A program made the position numbers and the translations under genes. The notes beneath the pieces were generated by a model. That model saw only the letters and a program-made list of their open reading frames with translations. It had not been told where the DNA came from and made no database searches. Shown piece by piece: positions 16,144 through 23,474 of a DNA stretch of 24,000 nucleotides. How positions within the stretch are numbered: position 1 is the first letter of the stretch; every line of letters begins with the position of its first letter. Origin of the DNA: Caulobacter phage Ccr10; sequence record KY555142.1. The stretch is one strand, 5' to 3'.

Positions 16144-16466
16144 CTCCCAAGACCTTCATCGACAAGCTGCGGGTCGGCGCTCAGAAGGCGCTCGCTCGCT
16201 CCAGGGCCTGGACGCCCGAGGAGAACATCGTGCTCCAGACCCTGGTCTGGGCGCCGGCCAACATCCAGCAGCGCTCGGACCTCTATGTGGCGGGCGTCAT
16301 GCGCGGCATGCTGGCCCTGATCTCGACCATGAGCGGCAAGGTCTCCGAGGAGATCAAGACCCTCCTGTGGATGGCCGGCGAGGCGACCGAGACCAACGCG
16401 CCCGTGCCGGATGATCAGGTCCTGACGGCGCTGGCGGCCCTCGACGGCCTGCATGCGAGGGGCTGA
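16140..16466 (+). CDS. hypothetical protein, 108 aa
   Basis: ATGA overlap. Confidence 0.8.
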   Translation: MTPKTFIDKLRVGAQKALARSRAWTPEENIVLQTLVWAPANIQQRSDLYVAGVMRGMLALISTMSGKVSEEIKTLLWMAGEATETNAPVPDDQVLTALAALDGLHARG

Positions 16467-16861
16467 TGGTCAGCGCCTACCAGCAATCGCTCAACGCCCA
16501 GGCCTCGGGTCTGTCGACCCAGGCTGATCCGCTCGCCCGAGGCTATTGGAAGAACGGCCAGTGGGTGCGCAACTCGCTGCACGATCGCCTCAAGGCCTAC
16601 ATCGCCAGGGTCCCAGACGTGGAGTTCCATCGCTACTCGACGCGCCCGGCCGGCTCAATCACCGTCGCGGGCATCTCGCCGAACGCCTATGTCCCGGTCA
16701 CCGACCAGAGGAGCCCGCCGGCCCCGTTCAGCAAGGACAGATGGTGCTACATGCCCAAGACGATGCGCGCCCTGGTCGAGGCCGGCGTCCTGATGGTCGC
16801 CAGCCTCGACGTCCAGATGGACGGCAGCACCAAGGTGGCGATCTACAAGCCGGTGCGCTGA
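16466..16861 (+). CDS. hypothetical protein, 131 aa
   Basis: TGATG overlap; GRV-type stop-start chain continues. Confidence 0.8.
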   Translation: MVSAYQQSLNAQASGLSTQADPLARGYWKNGQWVRNSLHDRLKAYIARVPDVEFHRYSTRPAGSITVAGISPNAYVPVTDQRSPPAPFSKDRWCYMPKTMRALVEAGVLMVASLDVQMDGSTKVAIYKPVR

Positions 16862-17139
16862 TGCGACGGTTCATGCGCGCCCCCAGCCTGTCGACCTATC
16901 CGATCCCCTACCAGCTTGAGCGCTACCTGCTCAACAACCGCGACGTGCGGCTGGTGCGCTGCCGTGACGGCTGGCGTCTCCAGGGCCGAACCGGCGTCTT
17001 CCACCGATCCCGTGTACCCGGCACCGGGCGCTACTCCTGGCGGTCGGTGGCGATCTGCCTGGATAGCCTCTGCGTGGTCGAGAGCTATGACGAGACCATG
17101 CGCCCCGACGTTGTCGGGCTCGCCAAGGACGTGGTGTGA
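16861..17139 (+). CDS. hypothetical protein, 92 aa
   Basis: TGATG overlap; same frame as track ORF 16546..17139. Confidence 0.7.
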   Translation: MRRFMRAPSLSTYPIPYQLERYLLNNRDVRLVRCRDGWRLQGRTGVFHRSRVPGTGRYSWRSVAICLDSLCVVESYDETMRPDVVGLAKDVV

Positions 17140-17501
17140 TGGTCTGGTGGGACCCTCAGGCGCGGGTCAAGAGTCACTGGTCCTATGATCCGAAGGACGG
17201 CACGCGCCCCTATTACATGTTCGACGGCCGGCGCTACAAGAGCGCCATCGCCGCCGCCACCGCCGAGGTGCTGAGCAATCGCCTGTGGGCGTTGTTCGAC
17301 GTCCTCCCGATCCTGCTGCGCTGCGCCGACGGCTCCTATGTCGTCGACTGCGAACCGATCGGGAGCGAGCCGCACCTGCCGGCCCCGGACATCCGGGTCT
17401 CCAAGCGCATCGCGCTTGGGCTGGTCGAGGCCGGGCTGCTGCTGATCACCGAGTACAACGAGCGCGGCGTCCCTGACCGCCTGGAGCTTGCCGCCACATG
17501 A
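17136..17501 (+). CDS. hypothetical protein, 121 aa
   Basis: Overlapping start (GTGATG). Confidence 0.75.
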   Translation: MMVWWDPQARVKSHWSYDPKDGTRPYYMFDGRRYKSAIAAATAEVLSNRLWALFDVLPILLRCADGSYVVDCEPIGSEPHLPAPDIRVSKRIALGLVEAGLLLITEYNERGVPDRLELAAT

Positions 17502-17764
17502 GAGGCCTTCCCAAGCCCGCCGAGGTCCAGCTTCGCCGGTACCTCCAGGGCGGTCACTTCAAGCACCTGATCCGGGCCTATCGCGGCTGGCGGCCCTACA
17601 ATCCCGCCACCGGGACCATCCACGTCGACAAGCGGTTCTCGACCAAGACGGTCCAGCGGGCCGTCAGCGCCGGCACGCTCGACGTCTACGAGTTCGACGA
17701 GGAGGGGCAGGTCCAGGTCTACGCCCTCGGCGCCCAGTTCCTCGGCTGGAAGTCCTCGTCATGA
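17498..17764 (+). CDS. hypothetical protein, 88 aa, similar in part to 19213..19569
   Basis: ATGA overlap. Confidence 0.75.
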   Translation: MRGLPKPAEVQLRRYLQGGHFKHLIRAYRGWRPYNPATGTIHVDKRFSTKTVQRAVSAGTLDVYEFDEEGQVQVYALGAQFLGWKSSS

Positions 17765-18069
17765 CCCCGCACGAAAAGGCGATGACCAAGTCGGTGATGC
17801 GCATCTGCGACGATATCCGCATGGTCGGCGGCGGGACGGGCGAGGCGACCGCGCTCTGGAAGTTCGTCTATCGCCCGGCGATCGAGCCGGGGCGCGCCGG
17901 GCGCTACGCCTTCGTGACGGCCAAGCGCGACATGCCCTTGCCAATGCGGACTGCCAGGGGTTATCGTCGCTGCGAGATGGAGGCGGTGGTCGACGTCGGC
18001 TATGCGGGGCTGCGCCCCGTGGCCTGGGACGAAACTGGCCGTGTCCTGGAGTATCGGGGTCGGGCGTGA
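17761..18069 (+). CDS. hypothetical protein, 102 aa
   Basis: ATGA overlap start MTPHEKAMTKSV; same frame as track ORF 17488..18069. Confidence 0.75.
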   Translation: MTPHEKAMTKSVMRICDDIRMVGGGTGEATALWKFVYRPAIEPGRAGRYAFVTAKRDMPLPMRTARGYRRCEMEAVVDVGYAGLRPVAWDETGRVLEYRGRA

Positions 18070-18686
18070 AGGCCGATTGGCGCGAGACATTGGCGGTCGC
18101 TTTTGACCGGCCTCTTCCGGCTGCGGACGAGGTCAAGGACCCCTACGCCTTCGATCCCACCGCGCCGGCCATCATCCTCGACTTCGCCACCCCGCCCGAG
18201 CCGCCGCCCGAGAACGAATATCGTTGGCTGGCCCTGGACGCGGCGGGCGAACCGCTGGGGGAGTTCTGGACCATCCCGCTGGCGGCCGAGGGGCTCGCCC
18301 ATATCCTCTATCCAGGCCACGCCCAGATCGTGCGGGGCAACGCCACCAGCCGCCTGCGGGCCAAGCGCCTGTCGCGCCTCTGCGAAGCCCAGAACTGGCG
18401 CTGCTGCTACTGCTACGGGGTGATGCGCCTGCCGGTCGAGTGCCTGCCCCAGGCGCCGGACATGGCGACCCTGGAGCACCTGCACCGCCAGACCGACGGC
18501 GGCGGCGGGCGGCTGGACAATCTGGTCGCCGCCTGCGCGTCCTGCAACTCCCATCGGGGCGGCTTCACGCCGCTGAAGTGGTGGAAGGTCCGCCAGCGCC
18601 TGCTCCCGGTCTGGCCCGCCTGCACGACGATGACCGAGGCCGCCCGATACAATCTGCGCGGCTATGGCCCGCTGCGGGCCGGCTAG
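18066..18686 (+). CDS. HNH-motif nuclease-like protein, 206 aa (GTG start)
   Basis: C-terminal NWRCCYCYGVM...ATLEHLHRQTDGGGGRLDNLVAACASCNSHRG matches the CxxC...EH...N-LVxACxxCN pattern of HNH nucleases. Confidence 0.8.
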   Translation: MKADWRETLAVAFDRPLPAADEVKDPYAFDPTAPAIILDFATPPEPPPENEYRWLALDAAGEPLGEFWTIPLAAEGLAHILYPGHAQIVRGNATSRLRAKRLSRLCEAQNWRCCYCYGVMRLPVECLPQAPDMATLEHLHRQTDGGGGRLDNLVAACASCNSHRGGFTPLKWWKVRQRLLPVWPACTTMTEAARYNLRGYGPLRAG

Positions 18687-18691
18687 GTTGA

Positions 18692-18739
18692 ACAACCGTT
18701 TTTGGTTGTATTTCCGGAATACAACCGTTTTTGGTTGTA
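18692..18739 (+). repeat. two direct copies of ACAACCGTTTTTGGTTGTA (each an inverted repeat), flanking TTCCGGAA
   Basis: Copies at 18692-18710 and 18721-18739; palindrome TTCCGGAA at 18712-18719. Confidence 0.85.
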
Positions 18740-18750
18740 GCGCGACTGTG

Positions 18751-18780
18751 TTGACAGAGTTTACAGAACCGGGCTAGACC
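18751..18780 (+). promoter_or_regulatory. promoter P8: TTGACA-N18-TAGACC, without the CGACGACAAC leader
   Basis: Consensus -35 preceded by TGTG, plus TAGACC -10, right before the next ORF. Confidence 0.65.
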
Positions 18781-18787
18781 GGAGGCC

Positions 18788-19216
18788 ATGATGGCTTCCG
18801 CCCCATTCATCCCGATGCTCCTCAAGGTCGGCGCGACCCGCCGGCGCTTGGCCGCCGCGCCCCAGCGGGTGCGCGACAAGGTCAACGCCCAGGCGGAGTT
18901 CTACACCGACGCCAAGGAGAAGGCCCGCCGGCGCCGGGCGTTCGTCCTGACGGCCCTGCTCGACGAGTTCCTGCACGGCACGGTGGTGTTCGAGCGCAAC
19001 GCCCACGGGACCTACGACGCCCATTTCATTGGCACCTCGGCGCAGTTCCAGGCCCTGGATCGGCCGAGCGCCCATCTCCTGTTGGACGCGCGCTGGTCGC
19101 TCAAGACTCTGCGCTACCCCTTGTCGGTGGGCGATCTGGTGGTCGACGCCATGGACGAGAACAGGACGCCGCTGCGGCTGATCCAGCCCCCGATCCTTCC
19201 GGAGGACGCGGCGTGA
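18788..19216 (+). CDS. hypothetical protein, 142 aa (ATGATG start)
   Basis: GGAGG just upstream of a double ATG. Confidence 0.8.
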   Translation: MMASAPFIPMLLKVGATRRRLAAAPQRVRDKVNAQAEFYTDAKEKARRRRAFVLTALLDEFLHGTVVFERNAHGTYDAHFIGTSAQFQALDRPSAHLLLDARWSLKTLRYPLSVGDLVVDAMDENRTPLRLIQPPILPEDAA

Positions 19217-19569
19217 AGCGCCAGACCCAGATGGACCTCAACGGGATCACCCGCGCCGAGGCCGCCTGTGTCGCGGCCCTGATCCACGGCACGCGGCTGA
19301 AGTTCGTCGACCGCGCGCCCGACGGCTATTATCGGGTCGTGGCCATGGTGACGCGCGACCTGACGCACCAGAAGCCCGACGGGCGGGTGCGGCTGAAATG
19401 CTACGAGCGCAAGTTCTCCCGCCCGACCATCGACAAGCTGGTGGCGCGCCGGGCGCTCCAGGTCGTCCAGATGGACGAGCACGGCCGCGTCCAGATCGCC
19501 GCCTCGGCCGAGATGGTTCACGCCTGCATGGCGCTGCACGGGATCAGGCTGAAGAGACCGGGCGGATGA
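19213..19569 (+). CDS. hypothetical protein, 118 aa
   Basis: GTGA overlap. Confidence 0.75.
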   Translation: MKRQTQMDLNGITRAEAACVAALIHGTRLKFVDRAPDGYYRVVAMVTRDLTHQKPDGRVRLKCYERKFSRPTIDKLVARRALQVVQMDEHGRVQIAASAEMVHACMALHGIRLKRPGG

Positions 19570-19895
19570 AGACGCGCCGCGTCACCCGGCGACAGGCCGA
19601 GGCCAGGGCCGCCTATCGCGTCGCCGACGCGGTCGGCTATCTGGGGCCGCACCGGCTCCTGGTCGAGAAGGTTCACGGCGGCTGGGTGCTGGTCGACCGC
19701 CTGGAGGGCTCCTACGCCCGCCGCGAGCCGCAGGACTTCATGACCGTCACGACCGAGGACCTTTCGGAGGCCACGCGCTGGACCTGGAGGGCGATCGCCG
19801 AGGCCTGCGCCCAGTGCCGCCTTTCACTCCAGGCCATCGCCTGGGATCACCTGCTGCGCCCGGTCCAGTACACCCTCAACAAGGAGCCCCTGTGA
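19566..19895 (+). CDS. hypothetical protein, 109 aa
   Basis: ATGA overlap; start MKTRRVTRRQAEAR. Confidence 0.75.
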   Translation: MKTRRVTRRQAEARAAYRVADAVGYLGPHRLLVEKVHGGWVLVDRLEGSYARREPQDFMTVTTEDLSEATRWTWRAIAEACAQCRLSLQAIAWDHLLRPVQYTLNKEPL

Positions 19896-20224
19896 GCGCC
19901 GCCTTCCGCGTCAAGCGCATCCTCGACTACATCGAGGGCCTGCGCGCCACGGGCGATGGTCGCCCCGCGACGATCCACGTCGACCACATCCGGGGCGACG
20001 TCTACCGCCTGCGGGTGATCGAGGCCAACGGCGAGACGTCCTATGGCTTCTACTCGCCGCGCCACTATTCGGCCGACCTCATCCCCGCCGCGCGCGGCGT
20101 CTTCTCGCGCTTCCGCCTGGGCTCGATCCGCGACGGCGTCATGCTCTGGCGCGACGACGCGGACCTGGAGATGATCTCCTGCGACCACCGCCAGCGGCCG
20201 ATCGACTTCGTCGTCCGGTCCTGA
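19892..20224 (+). CDS. hypothetical protein, 110 aa (GTG start)
   Basis: GTGA overlap; same frame as track ORF 19814..20224. Confidence 0.75.
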   Translation: MSAAFRVKRILDYIEGLRATGDGRPATIHVDHIRGDVYRLRVIEANGETSYGFYSPRHYSADLIPAARGVFSRFRLGSIRDGVMLWRDDADLEMISCDHRQRPIDFVVRS

Positions 20225-20235
20225 GAGGCCCCAAG

Positions 20236-20577
20236 ATGCAGACCAACGCCAAGACCCGCGCGCTCCTGATGGACCTCTTCGCGACCACCGAGCACGCCTG
20301 GAAGGCCATTCCCTCCTCGCACTCGGCCAAGCGCGCCTTCCACCTGCGGCTGCTCGACGACCACACCGCCTTCCTGTTCAAGAACCCCGACGGCCTGTGG
20401 TCGCTCCAGCGCCAGGGCCACGCCCCGCGCGCCCTGTTCCACGCCTTCGACATCGGGATGGCGATGCTCGAACACGCCGGCCGCGCCCAGGTGATCGACC
20501 ACCTCGCCACCTGGGGCGGAAGCCTCACCTTCATCCCGCACGGCTATGTCGCGAACCGTGACCGTCATGACGCTTGA
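20236..20577 (+). CDS. hypothetical protein, 113 aa
   Basis: SD GAGG upstream; its stop TGA lies inside the P9 -35 box. Confidence 0.8.
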   Translation: MQTNAKTRALLMDLFATTEHAWKAIPSSHSAKRAFHLRLLDDHTAFLFKNPDGLWSLQRQGHAPRALFHAFDIGMAMLEHAGRAQVIDHLATWGGSLTFIPHGYVANRDRHDA

Positions 20578-20602
20578 CACGCCCGCAGGGCCGCGCTAAC
20601 CA
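20574..20602 (+). promoter_or_regulatory. promoter P9: TTGACA-N17-TAACCA, long leader
   Basis: Perfect -35 and 17-nt spacing; weaker -10; upstream of a non-coding leader. Confidence 0.5.
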
Positions 20603-20690
20603 TTTTCCTTAACGCAACCCATACGAAAATCCTGGTCCAGGGCGCCGCTGAACAGGCTCCCCGGCCGCGCGAAGCCCCGGACCCCAAAAG

Positions 20691-20731
20691 GGTGTCGCCC
20701 GAGGGCGCCGTAGGCGGACGCCAAATTTTTT
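20691..20731 (+). terminator. terminator-like hairpin GGTGTCGCC...GGCGGACGCC followed by AAATTTTTT (possible attenuator)
   Basis: Arms 20691-20699/20713-20722 pair with one bulge and one G-U; T-run 20726-20731. Confidence 0.5.
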
Positions 20732-20754
20732 CGTAAGAATGAGGAAATACATCC

Positions 20755-21876
20755 ATGCCCCGTGGTCCGCTGGTCGAGAAGTACGTCAAGGGCAAGCTCT
20801 ACAGCCAGCGCCAGTTCCGCCGGCTGATCATCGACACCCTGCGGGCCATCCTCGATCTGCCCGGCTATGAGAAGGGCGCGCGCGCCCGCGACATCGCCGA
20901 CAAGTTCGGCGACCCCGCCTGGGTCGAGGCCGAGAACCTGCGGCTGATCGCCGTCACCCTGAACAACCTCAAGACCCAGGGGCTGGTCAAGCAGGTCGAG
21001 CGCGGGCTCTACAAGGTCAACGAGGCCAAGGTCGATCTGGGCCTGGACCAGATGGAGCAGACCGAGCAGACCATCGCCGAGGTCCTGCGGGCCGAAGGGG
21101 GCTACGCCAAGCGCCGCGTGATCGACCGCGAACACGACGCCGACAGCCAGTCGACCGCCTCCAACCAGGGCGACATCCAGCGCACCCTCACCCGCGTGCT
21201 GATGAACAGCCAGCGAATCCAGAAGGCCTACGGGGGCATGGTCTACGCCTTCTACAATCTCCCCCAGGCCGAGTTGTCCCTGCTGCCCCAGATGGGGAAG
21301 TGGCTGCACCTCCAGTCGGCCGCCGCCACCCGCATGCTGACCGGCCAGCCCTCCCACGAGGTCTACAACCTGATCGAGAAGGCCGCCCGCCTCCAGTACC
21401 GCCACATCGGGGCGGTCTTCAAGTTCGTGATCGACCACATCGACGAGGACTTCGCCGACGCCGCGCGCGGCTTTGAACCCCTGCACGAGGCGATGGCCGA
21501 ATTCAACGACGCCTTCTCGGACGTCAACGCCGGAGCCCGGAACAAGATCGAAGACCGGTTCGGCCCCGAGGGCGAGGACCACCGCCAGATGCGCGAGGCC
21601 GGCAAGACCTACACCGAGATCGACGACGCGCGCGAAGCGGCCTTGCGCGCCTACGACGCCGAAGCCCCGCTGCGGCTGATCGACCTCTTCTGCGAGGGAA
21701 ACCCCCAGGCCCACGAGCGCGCGCCGCTCTCTTTCTACGAAGCGTTCGCCGACTGGGCGATGCTCGACGCGGCCCAACTCAGCCGGGGCATCCTCGTCGC
21801 CGACTTCACCCGCGCCAAGCGGATCAAGAAGCTCGACGACCGGGAAGACGGCCCGCTGCCCGGCTATGAGGGCTGA
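20755..21876 (+). CDS. 373-aa protein with winged-helix-like N-terminus; possible regulator or replication-associated protein
   Basis: Long ORF with GAGG SD; N-terminal RARDIADKFGDPAWVEAENLRLIAVTLNNLKTQGLVKQVERGLYKV resembles a winged helix. Confidence 0.8.
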   Translation: MPRGPLVEKYVKGKLYSQRQFRRLIIDTLRAILDLPGYEKGARARDIADKFGDPAWVEAENLRLIAVTLNNLKTQGLVKQVERGLYKVNEAKVDLGLDQMEQTEQTIAEVLRAEGGYAKRRVIDREHDADSQSTASNQGDIQRTLTRVLMNSQRIQKAYGGMVYAFYNLPQAELSLLPQMGKWLHLQSAAATRMLTGQPSHEVYNLIEKAARLQYRHIGAVFKFVIDHIDEDFADAARGFEPLHEAMAEFNDAFSDVNAGARNKIEDRFGPEGEDHRQMREAGKTYTEIDDAREAALRAYDAEAPLRLIDLFCEGNPQAHERAPLSFYEAFADWAMLDAAQLSRGILVADFTRAKRIKKLDDREDGPLPGYEG

Positions 21877-22587
21877 TCGGCTGGAGGCCCAAAAGGGCTG
21901 GCCGCTCTGGGTTTGTCAACCAAAGCCCTACTCCTCTATGGTCCATAAAGGTACACATATTAAATACATTCTTAGTTTACTCTGTATATGTAAACCTCTC
22001 CCTATACTCTCTATACCCTCTAAAAGCTAACCTAATTAAATACATAGTTAGTAATATGTGTGTCTTTCTACCATTTTACTACCCAGTTATTTATTATAGT
22101 TAGTTTTTCTCCTATAGTGTAGGGTAGAGAAGAGAAGAAAGGATGAAAAGTGGACTATCTACTAAATGAATAGATAATAATCCCTGCCGGGCAGACCTCG
22201 AAATTGGCGTCGAGCAAATCCCGAGCAAATCCTGGTCGCCTCGCCTGAGGGGATCGACACGGTATGCAGGACCCGGAGGGAGAGCGGAGCGTGTCCAGGC
22301 CGTGTCGGCGGACCCACCCTATCTCGTCGGACCCGTCGACCGTCCTGCCGGGAGACCCGTCGACCGTCCCACCCGTCGACCACCCTGCCGAGAAACGACC
22401 CGTCATCTGACACGGCGTCCAGGTCCCGGAGGGCAAGAGCCCGATAGGGCGGGTTCGGGCCGTGTCGGCGGGGAGTTGACAGTCGTTGATCACGACGCTA
22501 GACGTCGTGAATCTTGACATACGCCCGTCTGCATGAGAGACGTGGTTAACGAGATGGGCTGCTCCCAAGGCCCCTCGGGAGCCGCCT
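21877..22587. other. 711-bp non-coding region: AT-rich island (about 21930-22190) followed by a short-direct-repeat region (22211-22471)
   Basis: No credible ORF; sharp base-composition shift; repeats ATTAAATACAT x2, CGAGCAAATCC x2, ACCCGTCGACC x3, GGCCGTGTCGGCGG x2. Confidence 0.75.
22476..22504 (+). promoter_or_regulatory. promoter P10: TTGACA-N17-TAGACG, -10 inside inverted repeat TCACGACG-CTAGA-CGTCGTGA
   Basis: Consensus -35, 17-nt spacer; inverted repeat 22490-22510. Confidence 0.6.
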
Positions 22588-23292
22588 ATGCCGACCACCC
22601 TCCGCTCGACCTCGCCGTCCGATCCGCGCCCCACCGCCATCGACCCTGACGTCCTGGCCCTGGCGATCGGCAAGGTCCTGCCCGACATCCTGGGCTGGGC
22701 GCGTCTGCGTCAGCCGGGCTTTGGCGAGGCCGATGTCCGCCATGCGGTGGTCGAGGCGCTGCACATCGCTGGCCTGGACGCCTTCCGCCTCGGCGTGGTC
22801 CTGGCCTCGCAGTTCAACTGGTCGGTCGACTACAGCCTCGTGCGCCTGCTCGACAGCGTCATCGAGGCCCTGCCGACCGCCTACCGGGCGGTGACCGGCC
22901 GCTGGGTCGCCCGCACCGGCATCCGCTTTCCGGCCAAGGAAGGCGACACCATCGAGTTCTTCGACGCGTCCGGTCGTCGCCGCGTCGGCAAGGTGGTCGG
23001 GGTCTCGGGCCTGACCGCCACGGCCTATGTCCAGCCCGCCGTCGGCACCGAGTTCACCGACCCGCCGATCGAGATCGCCGCCGAGGCGGTCGCCGCCAAC
23101 GTCACCCAGAAGCGCTACCAGCCCGAGCACCCGATCCTGGGCGCACGCTACGATGACGCCCCGGCGCTGGGGGCTCTGGCCGAGGCCGAACGCGCCCGCC
23201 GCACTGACGCGGCGGCTTCGCCGAGAACGCCGGCGCCCCACCCGCACCTGACCGACTTCCGCCCGGACCCTGACGGGCCGGCCATCGCCTGA
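22588..23292 (+). CDS. hypothetical protein, 234 aa
   Basis: Long ORF downstream of P10 with weak SD GGGAG in a hairpin. Confidence 0.75.
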   Translation: MPTTLRSTSPSDPRPTAIDPDVLALAIGKVLPDILGWARLRQPGFGEADVRHAVVEALHIAGLDAFRLGVVLASQFNWSVDYSLVRLLDSVIEALPTAYRAVTGRWVARTGIRFPAKEGDTIEFFDASGRRRVGKVVGVSGLTATAYVQPAVGTEFTDPPIEIAAEAVAANVTQKRYQPEHPILGARYDDAPALGALAEAERARRTDAAASPRTPAPHPHLTDFRPDPDGPAIA

Positions 23293-23300
23293 GACCCTCC

Positions 23301-23474
23301 ATGAGCCTTTCTTTCAACGACGATCCCGAGCAATGCGTGCGTGACGCGCTGGACCTCGACCTGGACGAGGTGGCGGTGGTCTGCCGCGACGCCTCGGGCG
23401 AGGTCTATGTCCTGGCCTCCACCAAGGGCCGGCGCCTGGAACGCCTGCTCGCCGATGGGGTCGACCTGACGTGA
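23301..23474 (+). CDS. hypothetical protein, 57 aa
   Basis: ATG 23301 to TGA 23472-23474 (MSLSFNDDPEQCVRDALDLDLDEVAVVC...), overlapping the resolvase start; absent from the ORF track because it is short. Confidence 0.6.
   Translation: MSLSFNDDPEQCVRDALDLDLDEVAVVCRDASGEVYVLASTKGRRLERLLADGVDLT

Noticed and set aside
20596-21777. 393-aa minus-strand ORF
   Set aside because: Fully antisense to the 373-aa gene, and it crosses the promoter/leader region; high-GC shadow ORF.
22211-22380. CRISPR-like array
   Set aside because: Repeats are only 10-11 bp, too few, and irregularly spaced with no spacer-sized intervals.
22155-22688. 177-aa minus-strand ORF over the non-coding region
   Set aside because: Low-complexity TVDGSPGRTVDG sequence simply reads the direct repeats, and there is no RBS; kept as non-coding repeats instead.
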